The notes beneath the pieces were generated by a model. The model saw nothing but the letters and a program-made list of their open reading frames with translations, ran no database searches and was not told the origin of the DNA. A stretch of 24,694 bases of DNA. Origin: a virus (lineage: Duplodnaviria; Caudoviricetes). Position numbers and translations under genes: made by a program. The DNA is taken from IMG/VR virus record IMGVR_UViG_3300008255_000457, positions 1 through 24,694 of that record. The stretch is one strand, 5' to 3'. This document shows, in pieces, positions 8,344 through 16,599 of the stretch (position 1 is the first letter of the stretch; each line of letters starts with the position of its first letter).

Positions 8344-8382
8344 GCTCGCCGCAGATGGGTCCCGTCGCTCATCGTCCGACTC

Positions 8383-9744
8383 GTGAGCGCAACAGCGCAG
8401 AGGACCTCCTCGAGTTCAGTGGCTCCCGTCGACGCCCCAAACGTCGACGGGAGCGGTGTTCGCGAGCGACCCTCGCTGCGACGCGTCGAGCGCTACGACT
8501 TCTCGGGCCGGCTCGGGAAGTTCGAGCGAACGCCGTCCGGCGGGCTGAGGATCCCTGGCTTTATCTCGCGGGTCGGCATCCAGGCGTACGTCGACGTCGC
8601 CGGCAAGACGACGCTTGAGTTCCGGCCGCCCGAGGAGGTTCTCGCCGAGGAGTCGTGGCGCAGTTTCGAAGGTGCGCCGCTGACGTGGCTCCACCCGCCC
8701 GACCTCGTCGATCCGACGAACTGGCGGGAGTACGTGATCGGCAGCGTCCGCAACGTGCGGCCTGACGGGAGTCGCATCGCGGCGGACTTCGTCGTCGAGG
8801 ACGCCGCCGCGATCACGGCCATCGAGAACGACGAGATCGTCGAATCGTCGGCCGGCTACAAGGCCGACGAGGACCCGACGCCGGGCGAGTACGAGGGCCA
8901 GCCGTTCGACGTCGTGCAGCGGAACATCCGCGGCAATCACGTGGCGTTGGGGCCCGCGGGTTGGGGCCGAGCGGGGCCGAGCGTGTCTCTGCGGCTCGAC
9001 GCCGCGCATCAAGTGATCGGCGCCCCGGCGTCGCGAGCAAAGAGGACTGACTCCATGACGACTCCGAAGACGGTCAAGGTCGACGGCATCCCCTACGAGG
9101 CGGGTTCCGACTCGCACCTGCAGGCGGTCGACAAGCTCCTCGCGCAGAAGGACGCGGCGCTCGCCGAGCAGAAGACGCGCTTCGACGCCGAGCTCGCGAC
9201 GGCACGCAACGAGCACGGCGAGGCCAAGGGCACCGTCGCCGCGCTCGAGGCTCGCGCGACCAAGGCCGAGGCCCAGGTCGCCGAGGCGCAGAAGAAGCTC
9301 GACGCGGCGATGTCTCCGGAGGAGCTCGACAAGCGCGTCGCCGACCGGCTCGCTCTGATCGACCGCGCCCGCGGTGTGCTCGGCGCGTCGTTCGCCGGCA
9401 AGACCGACAAGGACGAGACGATGGCCGACGGCGACATCATGCGCGCCGTGCTCGACAAGGTCGGCCTCGACCTGGGCGACGACGGGAAGGACGACAGCGT
9501 CGTCCGCGGCGCGTTCCTCGCCGCCACGAAGGCGGGTGCCGACGCCGGCGAGAGCGGCGACGGCGAGGACACCGCCGAGGGCGGCGCGCCGAAGGGTGAC
9601 GGCGGCGGCGTGCGCATCTCCAAGGCGGACGACGAGACGAAGGTCGCGCCGGCGACGTCGGTCCTCGAGCAGGTCCGGCGCGACAACGCGGAGTACTTGG
9701 CGACCTGCCACAAGGGGTTCGCGGTCACGGTCACGAAGAACTGA
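8383..9744 (+). CDS. DUF2213-type prohead protease with C-terminal scaffold-like coiled coil
   Basis: ERTPSGGLRIPGFISRVGIQAY, FRPPEEV, SFEGAPLTWLHP, ESSAGY, QRNIRGNHVAL, GRAGPSVSLRLD; Ala/Glu/Lys coiled-coil C-terminal half. Start uncertain (8308, 8383 or 8419). Confidence 0.88.
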   Translation: MSATAQRTSSSSVAPVDAPNVDGSGVRERPSLRRVERYDFSGRLGKFERTPSGGLRIPGFISRVGIQAYVDVAGKTTLEFRPPEEVLAEESWRSFEGAPLTWLHPPDLVDPTNWREYVIGSVRNVRPDGSRIAADFVVEDAAAITAIENDEIVESSAGYKADEDPTPGEYEGQPFDVVQRNIRGNHVALGPAGWGRAGPSVSLRLDAAHQVIGAPASRAKRTDSMTTPKTVKVDGIPYEAGSDSHLQAVDKLLAQKDAALAEQKTRFDAELATARNEHGEAKGTVAALEARATKAEAQVAEAQKKLDAAMSPEELDKRVADRLALIDRARGVLGASFAGKTDKDETMADGDIMRAVLDKVGLDLGDDGKDDSVVRGAFLAATKAGADAGESGDGEDTAEGGAPKGDGGGVRISKADDETKVAPATSVLEQVRRDNAEYLATCHKGFAVTVTKN

Positions 9745-9751
9745 GGCTGAC

Positions 9752-9793
9752 GCGGCGCGAGCCGCATCGAGACGTGAGGCGGCTCAACGCCGC
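9752..9793 (+). promoter_or_regulatory. GC-rich intergenic hairpin just 5' of the decoration gene RBS
   Basis: GCGGCG-C-GAGCCGC (9752-9765) pairs with GCGGCTC-AA-CGCCGC (9779-9793); GGAGA follows at 9796. Confidence 0.55.
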
Positions 9794-9807
9794 TTGGAGA
9801 AACGACG

Positions 9808-10665
9808 ATGGTCCAGACCAACTACCGCCTCAGCGAGCGCATCGGGCGCCACGGCGCCGCATTCGAGACCGAACCGCCCCGTTCCGTATCGGCCTACGCG
9901 TACGCCGCGATCCGTCCCGGCGACCTCGCGATCAAGCCGGCCGCGTTCGGCGGGCTCGACAAGGTCGTCCGGACGCTCAGCGCGCCGGCCGCGGCCGACG
10001 TCGACGCGATCATCGCGACGATCGGCTCCACCGCGGGGGAGCAGACCCTCTCGGGCGACGACCTCGACGGGATCATCGGCGCCGACCGCATCTTCCCGCC
10101 GCGGAACCTGACGATCACGTTCAACAGCCACGGCGACTGGGACGCAACGACCGGGATCGTGCGCGGTCTCGACGAGGCCGGGCGCCCGCAGGAGGAAGAC
10201 ATCGCGATCCCCAACGGGGGCAACGCGGTGGTCACGCTGAAGAAGTTCTTCTCGGCCGTGCTCTCGCTCTACATCCCGGCGCAGACCGGCACGAACGGAA
10301 CCGCGACCCTCGGCACTGGCACGTCGCTCGGTCCGCTGACGGCGCTCGACGTCGCCGGCGTCGTGCGCTACCTCGCGCGTCAGCAGGTCGCCTCCGCGGA
10401 TGCGGAGTTCGAGGCCGGCGACGTCCTCAACCTGATCACCGAGGGCCTCGTCGCGCTCGAGGTCGAGGCCGCGGTCAGCGGTGGCGAGCAGGTGTTCGTT
10501 CGTCTCGTCGCCGCCGGCGACGAAGTCGTCGGGACCTACCTCGGCAGCCGCGACGGCACCGCCGCGGCGCCGGACGCCGTTCCGGTCGTCGGTCTGCGGT
10601 TCGCCGCGGACAGCGTCACGGGCGCTGACGGCGTGATCCTCGCGCCCGTCCAGGTCGAGCTCTGA
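9808..10665 (+). CDS. Capsid decoration/cement protein with inserted ~108-aa domain
   Basis: Position between protease and MCP; C-terminal FEAGDVLNLITEGLVALEVEAAVSGGEQVFVR resembles cement proteins of this head module; GGAGA RBS. Confidence 0.7.
   Translation: MVQTNYRLSERIGRHGAAFETEPPRSVSAYAYAAIRPGDLAIKPAAFGGLDKVVRTLSAPAAADVDAIIATIGSTAGEQTLSGDDLDGIIGADRIFPPRNLTITFNSHGDWDATTGIVRGLDEAGRPQEEDIAIPNGGNAVVTLKKFFSAVLSLYIPAQTGTNGTATLGTGTSLGPLTALDVAGVVRYLARQQVASADAEFEAGDVLNLITEGLVALEVEAAVSGGEQVFVRLVAAGDEVVGTYLGSRDGTAAAPDAVPVVGLRFAADSVTGADGVILAPVQVEL
9995..10050 (+). repeat. Dispersed repeat copy 1 (start of shared domain)
   Basis: 53 of 56 nt match 14155-14210; first 31 nt identical. Confidence 0.95.
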
Positions 10666-10751
10666 TCTGAGTGCCGGCTCATCCGGCCCCATCCCCGATT
10701 CCGCACGCAGATTTCGCCTCCCCCTCCCGAGAGATAGACACGGAGCAACAG

Positions 10752-11810
10752 ATGAAGCCCCTCAAGATCGCCCCCGAGCTCCTGAACGACCCGGAGGTTC
10801 GGGCTATCGCGCGGCGCCTGATCAACGACGCCGCGGTCCGGAGCATCGGCCAGGTGCGCCTCGACGGGCGCTGGGTCCGCATGGACGCCGACGTGGCGAC
10901 CGCGTACGTCGCGCGCCAGCTCGAGCACGTCAAGGCGCAGACCTACGACGTGAAGAAGGCGGCGCTCAAGGCGCGCATCTTCTTGCCGGTCTCGTTCGAG
11001 GCCCACCCCGGCGCGCAGGTCATCAGCTACGACCAGTGGGACAGCTGGGGCGAGGCCGAGATCGCCGACAGCTACTCGAAGGACGCGCCGCGCGTCGACG
11101 TGGAGAAGAAGAACTTCCCGACGAAGGTCTTCGGGCTCCGCTCGAGCTACGGCTACGACATCCAGGATCTGCGCGCCGCGATGATGAGCGGGAGCAACAT
11201 CGACGAGATCCGCGGCATGCAAGCGCGCCGGAGCATCGAAGCGAAGCTCGACAAGATCATGGCCCAGGGCGACGTCCGCATCGGCCGCACCGGATTCGTC
11301 AACGACGCCAACGTGCCGACGTTCGCTGGCACCGCGCCGTCGTGGTCGTTCGCGACGCCGGCGCAGACGATGTTCCGCGGTCTCAACGCGATCGCGGCGC
11401 AGGTCGTGACGCAGACGAACCAGGTCGAGTCGCCCAACTCGATCCTCTTCCCGACCGCCGCGTTCCAGATCGTGACGGGCAACACGTTCGGCACCGACAA
11501 CCCGGAAACCATCCTCAGCGCGTGGCTCCGGAACAACCCCTACGGGGTGCGGTTCGCCGACCAGTGGACCGAGCTCGACGGCGCCGGCGCCGGCGACGCG
11601 GACCGGATCGTCTGCTACACGCGCGACAAGCGCGTCGCGGAGGTCGAGATCTCGCAGGACTACGAGGAGTTCCCGCCCGAGATGCGCGGCCTCGAGTTCC
11701 TGACGCAGTGCCACATGCGCACCGCGGGCACCGTGTTCCGCTACCCCAAGGCGGCGGTCTACGCCGACGGTACCTTCGACGTCACCGACTACGAGGTCGC
11801 CGCGAGCTGA
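10752..11810 (+). CDS. Major capsid protein (DUF2184 type, HK97 fold)
   Basis: ARQLEHVKAQTYD, SYGYDIQDLRAA, GFVNDANV, RTAGTVFRYPKAAVYADG; GGAG RBS before ATG 10752. Confidence 0.92.
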   Translation: MKPLKIAPELLNDPEVRAIARRLINDAAVRSIGQVRLDGRWVRMDADVATAYVARQLEHVKAQTYDVKKAALKARIFLPVSFEAHPGAQVISYDQWDSWGEAEIADSYSKDAPRVDVEKKNFPTKVFGLRSSYGYDIQDLRAAMMSGSNIDEIRGMQARRSIEAKLDKIMAQGDVRIGRTGFVNDANVPTFAGTAPSWSFATPAQTMFRGLNAIAAQVVTQTNQVESPNSILFPTAAFQIVTGNTFGTDNPETILSAWLRNNPYGVRFADQWTELDGAGAGDADRIVCYTRDKRVAEVEISQDYEEFPPEMRGLEFLTQCHMRTAGTVFRYPKAAVYADGTFDVTDYEVAAS

Positions 11811-11815
11811 GCCCC

Positions 11816-12454
11816 ATGAAGCGCATCATCAGCGAACGACAGATGAGGATCGGCGCGCTCCTGCTGCGCGCCGGTGCTCCGAGCGAGCCGATGCCCGAGT
11901 CGCTCGCTCGGAGCCTCATCGCGTCGAGCAAGCTCGCCACCCTCTGGGCCGCCAAGGGCATGGTCCACGTCGTCGACGCGGACAGCCCCGAAGCGCGGAT
12001 GGTCGTGGTCCAGGTCGGTGGACCTCGGCTCCCCGATCCGGTGGCGCGCATCGTCGAGCTCATCACGGAGTTCGAAGCGCTCGACGCCACCCTGGCGGAC
12101 GAGCAGCGCGACGCGGTCGCGGCGATCCTGAAGGAGCGCACCGAAGCGGGCGCCCCTGGGCCCGTCGAGGACGGCGACACCGGCGACGCCGCTGAGGAGC
12201 CCGCCGGCGGGCTTCCGGAGTCTCCCGAGGAACCCGCCGCGACGATGGGGCCCGAGGGCGGTGAGCCCGGTGGGCTCGCCGTGGAGGCGCCCGCAGAGCC
12301 CCCCGCCCAAGACCCGTGGAACCTCGCCGGCCGAAGCGTCGGCGAGCTGCGCGAGCTCGCCCGCGAGCTCGAGCTCACCGAGAAGGTCAACATGCGTCTC
12401 GGCGAGGACAATCTTCGAGAGGCCCTCCGAGAAGCGATCGCGGCGGAGGGCTAA
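11816..12454 (+). CDS. Hypothetical protein with acidic Pro/Glu linker and C-terminal Rho-N/HeH-like motif
   Basis: C-terminal LAGRSVGELRELARELELTEKVNMRLGEDNLREAL; position after MCP; start moved to ATG 11816. Confidence 0.6.
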   Translation: MKRIISERQMRIGALLLRAGAPSEPMPESLARSLIASSKLATLWAAKGMVHVVDADSPEARMVVVQVGGPRLPDPVARIVELITEFEALDATLADEQRDAVAAILKERTEAGAPGPVEDGDTGDAAEEPAGGLPESPEEPAATMGPEGGEPGGLAVEAPAEPPAQDPWNLAGRSVGELRELARELELTEKVNMRLGEDNLREALREAIAAEG

Positions 12455-12457
12455 ACG

Positions 12458-12763
12458 GTGGCAGCCACCGAGCTCCATACCCTCGCGAGCTTCCGGGCGC
12501 GCTTCCGCCATGCGCCCGAGGACGACGACTTCGTCCTCGAGGTGCTCGATGAAGCCGCGCAGCGGACGCCCCCCGATGTGTGGGGCGTCTACACACGTGC
12601 CGGGCACGGCTATCTCGCTGCGCACATCCTCGGAATGGAGCCGTACGGGCGCGATGCTCGGCTGCGGCGGAACGACTCGCAGACGTCGTACGGGTTGCTA
12701 CGCGAGGACCTCGAGCGATCGATAGGCACGGCGATGGCGCCGCGCGTGACGGGGTCGACGTGA
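12458..12763 (+). CDS. Head-tail adaptor (DUF4054-like)
   Basis: LASFRARF, GYLAAHIL, QTSYG motifs and position. Confidence 0.75.
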   Translation: MAATELHTLASFRARFRHAPEDDDFVLEVLDEAAQRTPPDVWGVYTRAGHGYLAAHILGMEPYGRDARLRRNDSQTSYGLLREDLERSIGTAMAPRVTGST

Positions 12764-13170
12764 GCGTCACCGATCGAGACCGCGGTGCGCGACGGGTTAC
12801 TCGGGCGATCGATCAGGTCGCCAAGGGGGCCACGGTCACGGTGGGGATCCACAGGGACCGAGGCCGGGAGATCCATCCCGGCAGCAGCGAGACCACGGTC
12901 GCCGGGGTCGCAGCGATCATCGAGTACGGGTCCGAATCGCAGCCCCAGCGGTCGTTCGTTCGCGCCGTCGCGGACGCGGCGCAGGGCGCCACAGAGCGCG
13001 CGCTGGCCAGGGCCGCGGAACGTCCGCTGCGCGGCACCGGCGACGCGCGCAGTTCGCTCGGCGCAGTGGGCGAGGACCTCGCCGCCCGCATGCGCGCCGC
13101 CGTCCCGAAGTGGACGGGAGCTACTGCGGAAGCGATCGAGGCACGCGTCAAGATCGGACGAGTGTCGTGA
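12760..13170 (+). CDS. Neck/tail completion protein (HK97 gp10-like)
   Basis: VTVGI, VAAIIEYGS, PQRSFVR; GTG start overlapping previous stop. Confidence 0.7.
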   Translation: MSVTDRDRGARRVTRAIDQVAKGATVTVGIHRDRGREIHPGSSETTVAGVAAIIEYGSESQPQRSFVRAVADAAQGATERALARAAERPLRGTGDARSSLGAVGEDLAARMRAAVPKWTGATAEAIEARVKIGRVS

Positions 13171-13745
13171 ACGACTGGAGCACGTGGCAGACCACGATCC
13201 CGGCGCTCTTCGCGGGGCTCATGGGCATCCCATGCCACTGGGCCGACCAGCCGCGGCAGATGGTCATGGGAGCTCGCGCGCAGATCGACATCATCGCGAC
13301 GCCGGCGTTCGGGGTCGACGATCGGTTGCGCACCGAGGACCTCGACACGGGGGAGCTCACCGAGTCGGCGGTGGGTCAGCGCGAGATGGTGCTGCAGGTC
13401 AGCGTGTGGAACGCGTCGCAGTCGCTCGCCACGGCGGCACGCCAGTACGTCGAGCGGCTGCGGACGCGAATGCACTTCGAATCCACACAGGTGGCGCTCA
13501 AGGCGCTCGAACTGTCCTTCCGCCGGTGCGAGGCCCCCGTCGATCTCGACGGCGAGGAAGATGGGCGAACCGTCTCGCGGTGCGCGATGGACGTGCGGCT
13601 CGGCTACGCGTGGCGGGAGACCGACGCGGAGAACCCGGGCACCTGGATCGAAACGGGGCGCATCACCGCGAACACCATCACCGATGTCGACGATACGGAT
13701 CTCCCCGACGCGCTGCAGATCGACATCAACCCCCCGGAGAGCTGA
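13167..13745 (+). CDS. Putative tail terminator / neck protein
   Basis: Directly upstream of sheath; size and REMVLQVSV..SRCAMDVRLGY strand pattern; GTGA overlap. Confidence 0.6.
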   Translation: MNDWSTWQTTIPALFAGLMGIPCHWADQPRQMVMGARAQIDIIATPAFGVDDRLRTEDLDTGELTESAVGQREMVLQVSVWNASQSLATAARQYVERLRTRMHFESTQVALKALELSFRRCEAPVDLDGEEDGRTVSRCAMDVRLGYAWRETDAENPGTWIETGRITANTITDVDDTDLPDALQIDINPPES

Positions 13746-13748
13746 GCC

Positions 13749-15458
13749 ATGGGCACGAACCTCGACCGCTTCGTCCGCTCCACCATCACCCGCGCCACAC
13801 GGACGGTGTCGCGTCGTGGCTTCGGCACCGCGATGCTCGTCGCCTATCACACCGCGTTCCTCGATCTCGTGCGCGAGTACTCCGCGGCCGACGAGATGCT
13901 CGACGACGGCTTCGACGCCGAGCACCCGCTCTACAAGGCGGGCCGCGCGCTGAAGTCTCAGGACCCGTGCCCGGCGACCTTCAAGGTCGGCCGCCGCGCC
14001 GGGGCCCCGGCGCAGACCCTCCGCTTCACGCCGAGCACGCCCGTGGAGACCGAGGTCTTCTCGATCACGATCGGAGGCATCGTTTTCGAGATCGCGGCGG
14101 GGGCCGGAGACGCCGAGGCCGATGTGCTCGACGACCTGGTCGCGCTCATCAACCCCGACGTCGACGCGATCATCGCGACGATCGGTTCCACCGCGGGGGT
14201 CCAGACCCTCGACGACACCGACCTCGACGGCGTCATCGGGGGGGACACGATGTCGCCGCCGCGCAACCTCGTGTTCACGCACGACGGAAACGCGTACTGG
14301 GACGCGACGACCGGGATCGTGACGGGGCTCGACGCGAGCGGTCGCACAATCACCGAGTCGTTCGCAATCCCGAACGGGCTCGGCGCCGGCGCGCAGACCG
14401 TGACGCTGACGCGGCTCTTCGCGTCGGTGATCAGCCTCGACATCCCGGCGCAGACGGGTGTCGGCGGCAGCGCCACGCTGGGCTACGGCAACCGCTTCGA
14501 CGCGACTGGTCGGATCCAGGTCACGGCGACCGACGGTGCCACGTACGTCGACCTCGCCGCGGACACCGATGGCGACTGGTACAGCTACCTCGCGAGTTCG
14601 AACTTCACGATCGACGATCAGACCGCGGAGCCGACGATCACGCTCGCCGAGGACCTCGCCGCGATCAAGGCGGCCGACGCCGACTTCTTTGGGCTCGCCG
14701 TCGTCGATGCGCAGAGCGCGGCGCAGCTCGACGCCGTCGCGGCCTGGACCGAGGCCGAGGCGCTGATCTACGTCGGGCACTCCGCGGACAGCGATGTCGA
14801 AGACGACGTCGAGACGGACATCGCGTCGACGCTCGTCGACGCGGGCTACCTCCAGACCAAGCTCTTCTACTCGCGGATCAACCACGGGCGGTTCCCCGAC
14901 GCCGCGCTCCTGGGCCGGATGCTACCGTTCACGATCGGATCGGCGCATTGGGAGTACAAGGACCTCGCCGGCATCCTGGCCGACGACCTGTCCGAGACGG
15001 TCATCACCCGCCTGACGGGGTCGGCGCAGTCACCGACCGACAGCAAGCGGTGCCTGGTCTATCTCGAGGCGGTGCCGACGGGGACCAACGTCGGGACGAA
15101 CATCACCTGGGGCGGCCTGACCTCGGGCGGCGAGTGGATCGACATCATCCAGCTGATCTTCCTGACGCACTCGCGCCTCCAGGAGGTTGCGTTCAACCTC
15201 CAGCTCGCGTCGCCGAAGATCCCGTTCACCGCGGGCGGCATCGACCAGTTCAAGGGCAAGGTCGAACTCGCCCTCGATCGACTCGCGGCGCCTCCGTACA
15301 ACGGATACGACCCGACCTCGATCGTCGTCGAAGCCACCGCTCTCGAGGACACGACCGAGGCCGATCGCCAGGCGCGCTACTACGACGGCATCTCCTGGGG
15401 AGCGCGCGTTCAGGGGGCGATCCGCGCCGTGAACATCGGAGGAAAGGTCACGCCATGA
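13749..15458 (+). CDS. Contractile tail sheath protein (DUF3383 type) with inserted ~111-aa domain
   Basis: RRGFGTAML, SQDPCPATFKVGR, WEYKDLAGI, GGEWIDII, KIPFTAGGI, DRQARYY, QGAIRAVNIGGKV. Confidence 0.92.
   Translation: MGTNLDRFVRSTITRATRTVSRRGFGTAMLVAYHTAFLDLVREYSAADEMLDDGFDAEHPLYKAGRALKSQDPCPATFKVGRRAGAPAQTLRFTPSTPVETEVFSITIGGIVFEIAAGAGDAEADVLDDLVALINPDVDAIIATIGSTAGVQTLDDTDLDGVIGGDTMSPPRNLVFTHDGNAYWDATTGIVTGLDASGRTITESFAIPNGLGAGAQTVTLTRLFASVISLDIPAQTGVGGSATLGYGNRFDATGRIQVTATDGATYVDLAADTDGDWYSYLASSNFTIDDQTAEPTITLAEDLAAIKAADADFFGLAVVDAQSAAQLDAVAAWTEAEALIYVGHSADSDVEDDVETDIASTLVDAGYLQTKLFYSRINHGRFPDAALLGRMLPFTIGSAHWEYKDLAGILADDLSETVITRLTGSAQSPTDSKRCLVYLEAVPTGTNVGTNITWGGLTSGGEWIDIIQLIFLTHSRLQEVAFNLQLASPKIPFTAGGIDQFKGKVELALDRLAAPPYNGYDPTSIVVEATALEDTTEADRQARYYDGISWGARVQGAIRAVNIGGKVTP
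14155..14210 (+). repeat. Dispersed repeat copy 2 (start of shared domain)
   Basis: 53 of 56 nt match 9995-10050. Confidence 0.95.
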
Positions 15459-15907
15459 GCGAAGCTGCCGCGTACGCGTACTCGCCCCTGCAGGTCACCT
15501 TGTCGATCGCCGACATCCTGATCGATGGGGGCTACGGCGAAGACGAATTCCTGAACATCGAGAAACAGGAAGACGACACCACCGATGTTGTGGGGGTCGG
15601 GGGCGACGTCGCGATCAGCGTGATCCACGACAACCGAGCCACGGTGAAGATCACGCTGCTCGCCTCGAGCCCGCAGAACGGGAAGTTGAGTGCGCTGCGG
15701 GCTGTCGGGCGCACAACGCCGATCGGCGTCGCGGTCGGCGAGTTCTACGTCGCGGACCGACTCAGCCGCGGAACGATCCACAAGGCGCGGCACTGCTGGA
15801 TTCAGAAACCGCCGACGGTGACCTACGCGCGCGGCAACGGGGAGCGCGTCTGGACGGTCCGGCTCGCCGACCTCGTGACCTACGACGCCGGCAACATCGA
15901 GCTCTAG
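15455..15907 (+). CDS. Tail tube protein (DUF3277-like)
   Basis: YSPLQVTLSI, VGVGGDV, TVKITLLASSPQNGKLS, WIQKPP, RVWT; 150 aa after sheath; GGAGG RBS, ATGA overlap. Confidence 0.88.
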   Translation: MSEAAAYAYSPLQVTLSIADILIDGGYGEDEFLNIEKQEDDTTDVVGVGGDVAISVIHDNRATVKITLLASSPQNGKLSALRAVGRTTPIGVAVGEFYVADRLSRGTIHKARHCWIQKPPTVTYARGNGERVWTVRLADLVTYDAGNIEL

Positions 15908-15925
15908 CGAAGAAGGGGTTTCGGA

Positions 15926-16369
15926 ATGGGGGAAGACGAACGCGCGCCGATCGAGGTCGAGCTGGTCGGACGCCAGTTCAAGCTCATCTGCAAGCCGTGG
16001 CCGCACAAGGTCGCGCGCCGCTGGCTCGTGCGCCTGACGAAGCGGGTACTGAGCGCGGTGGCGCAGAGCGGGACCGACGAGATCAACGGGCTCGCGCTCA
16101 TCGACGGCTTCGACGAGGCGACGCTCGAGGCGTTCCTGGACGACTGCGAGTCGCACACCGAGGCGCAGTCGGAGGACGGCAAGGGCGTAAAGTTTTCGAC
16201 GCTCACGCCGCTCTTGACGGGGCGGATGGACGTGATGCTGAAGATCGCGCGCGAGCACGCGGAGGTTCAGTTCGCCCCTTTTTTCGCTTCGCTCGGGAGC
16301 GCGCTCGTCGACCTCCGCGAGCAGCAGGCGGAGGAGGCGACCGAGGGGAAGGGAGAACCGTCCGGCTGA
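15926..16369 (+). CDS. Tail assembly chaperone
   Basis: Between tube and tape measure; contains slippery-type CCCCTTTTTT. Confidence 0.75.
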   Translation: MGEDERAPIEVELVGRQFKLICKPWPHKVARRWLVRLTKRVLSAVAQSGTDEINGLALIDGFDEATLEAFLDDCESHTEAQSEDGKGVKFSTLTPLLTGRMDVMLKIAREHAEVQFAPFFASLGSALVDLREQQAEEATEGKGEPSG

Positions 16370-16554
16370 CGATCCCGGACGGTATCGACTGGTGGGCACA
16401 TCGCATCGCAGCATCGCACCGCTACTCCGTGGGTCTCGCCGAGATCTACGAGCGGTGGACCATGCGCGACGTGCTCGACGCGCATCTGGTGCTCGATGCG
16501 TACGAGGCGGCCGAGCTCGAGGCCAGCAAGCCGCACGGCGGGAAGGCCTGGTGA
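16276..16554 (+). CDS. Second chaperone segment (gpGT-like, -1 frame)
   Basis: Open -1 frame encoding LTIPDGIDWWAHRIAAS..WTMRDVLDAHLVLDAYE; reachable by -1 slip at C CCT TTT (16276-16282) or by re-initiation near 16366. Confidence 0.6.
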   Translation, partial: PFFRFARERARRPPRAAGGGGDRGEGRTVRLTIPDGIDWWAHRIAASHRYSVGLAEIYERWTMRDVLDAHLVLDAYEAAELEASKPHGGKAW

Positions 16555-16599
16555 GCCGTGGCTGCAACGCGCGCTACGTGAAGAAGCATGGAGGCCACG

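Noticed and set aside
8308-8382. N-terminal extension of the protease from GTG 8308
   Set aside because: No RBS, start lies inside a stem-loop, and the sequence is not protein-like; a later start is preferred.
9995-14210. Repeat pair as a diversity-generating retroelement TR/VR
   Set aside because: Differences are not adenine-specific, both copies are in-frame coding, and no reverse transcriptase is in the window.
12785-15907. 1040-aa plus-strand ORF
   Set aside because: Only the last 150 aa (from ATG 15455) look like protein (tail tube); the rest is an off-frame reading of neck and sheath genes.
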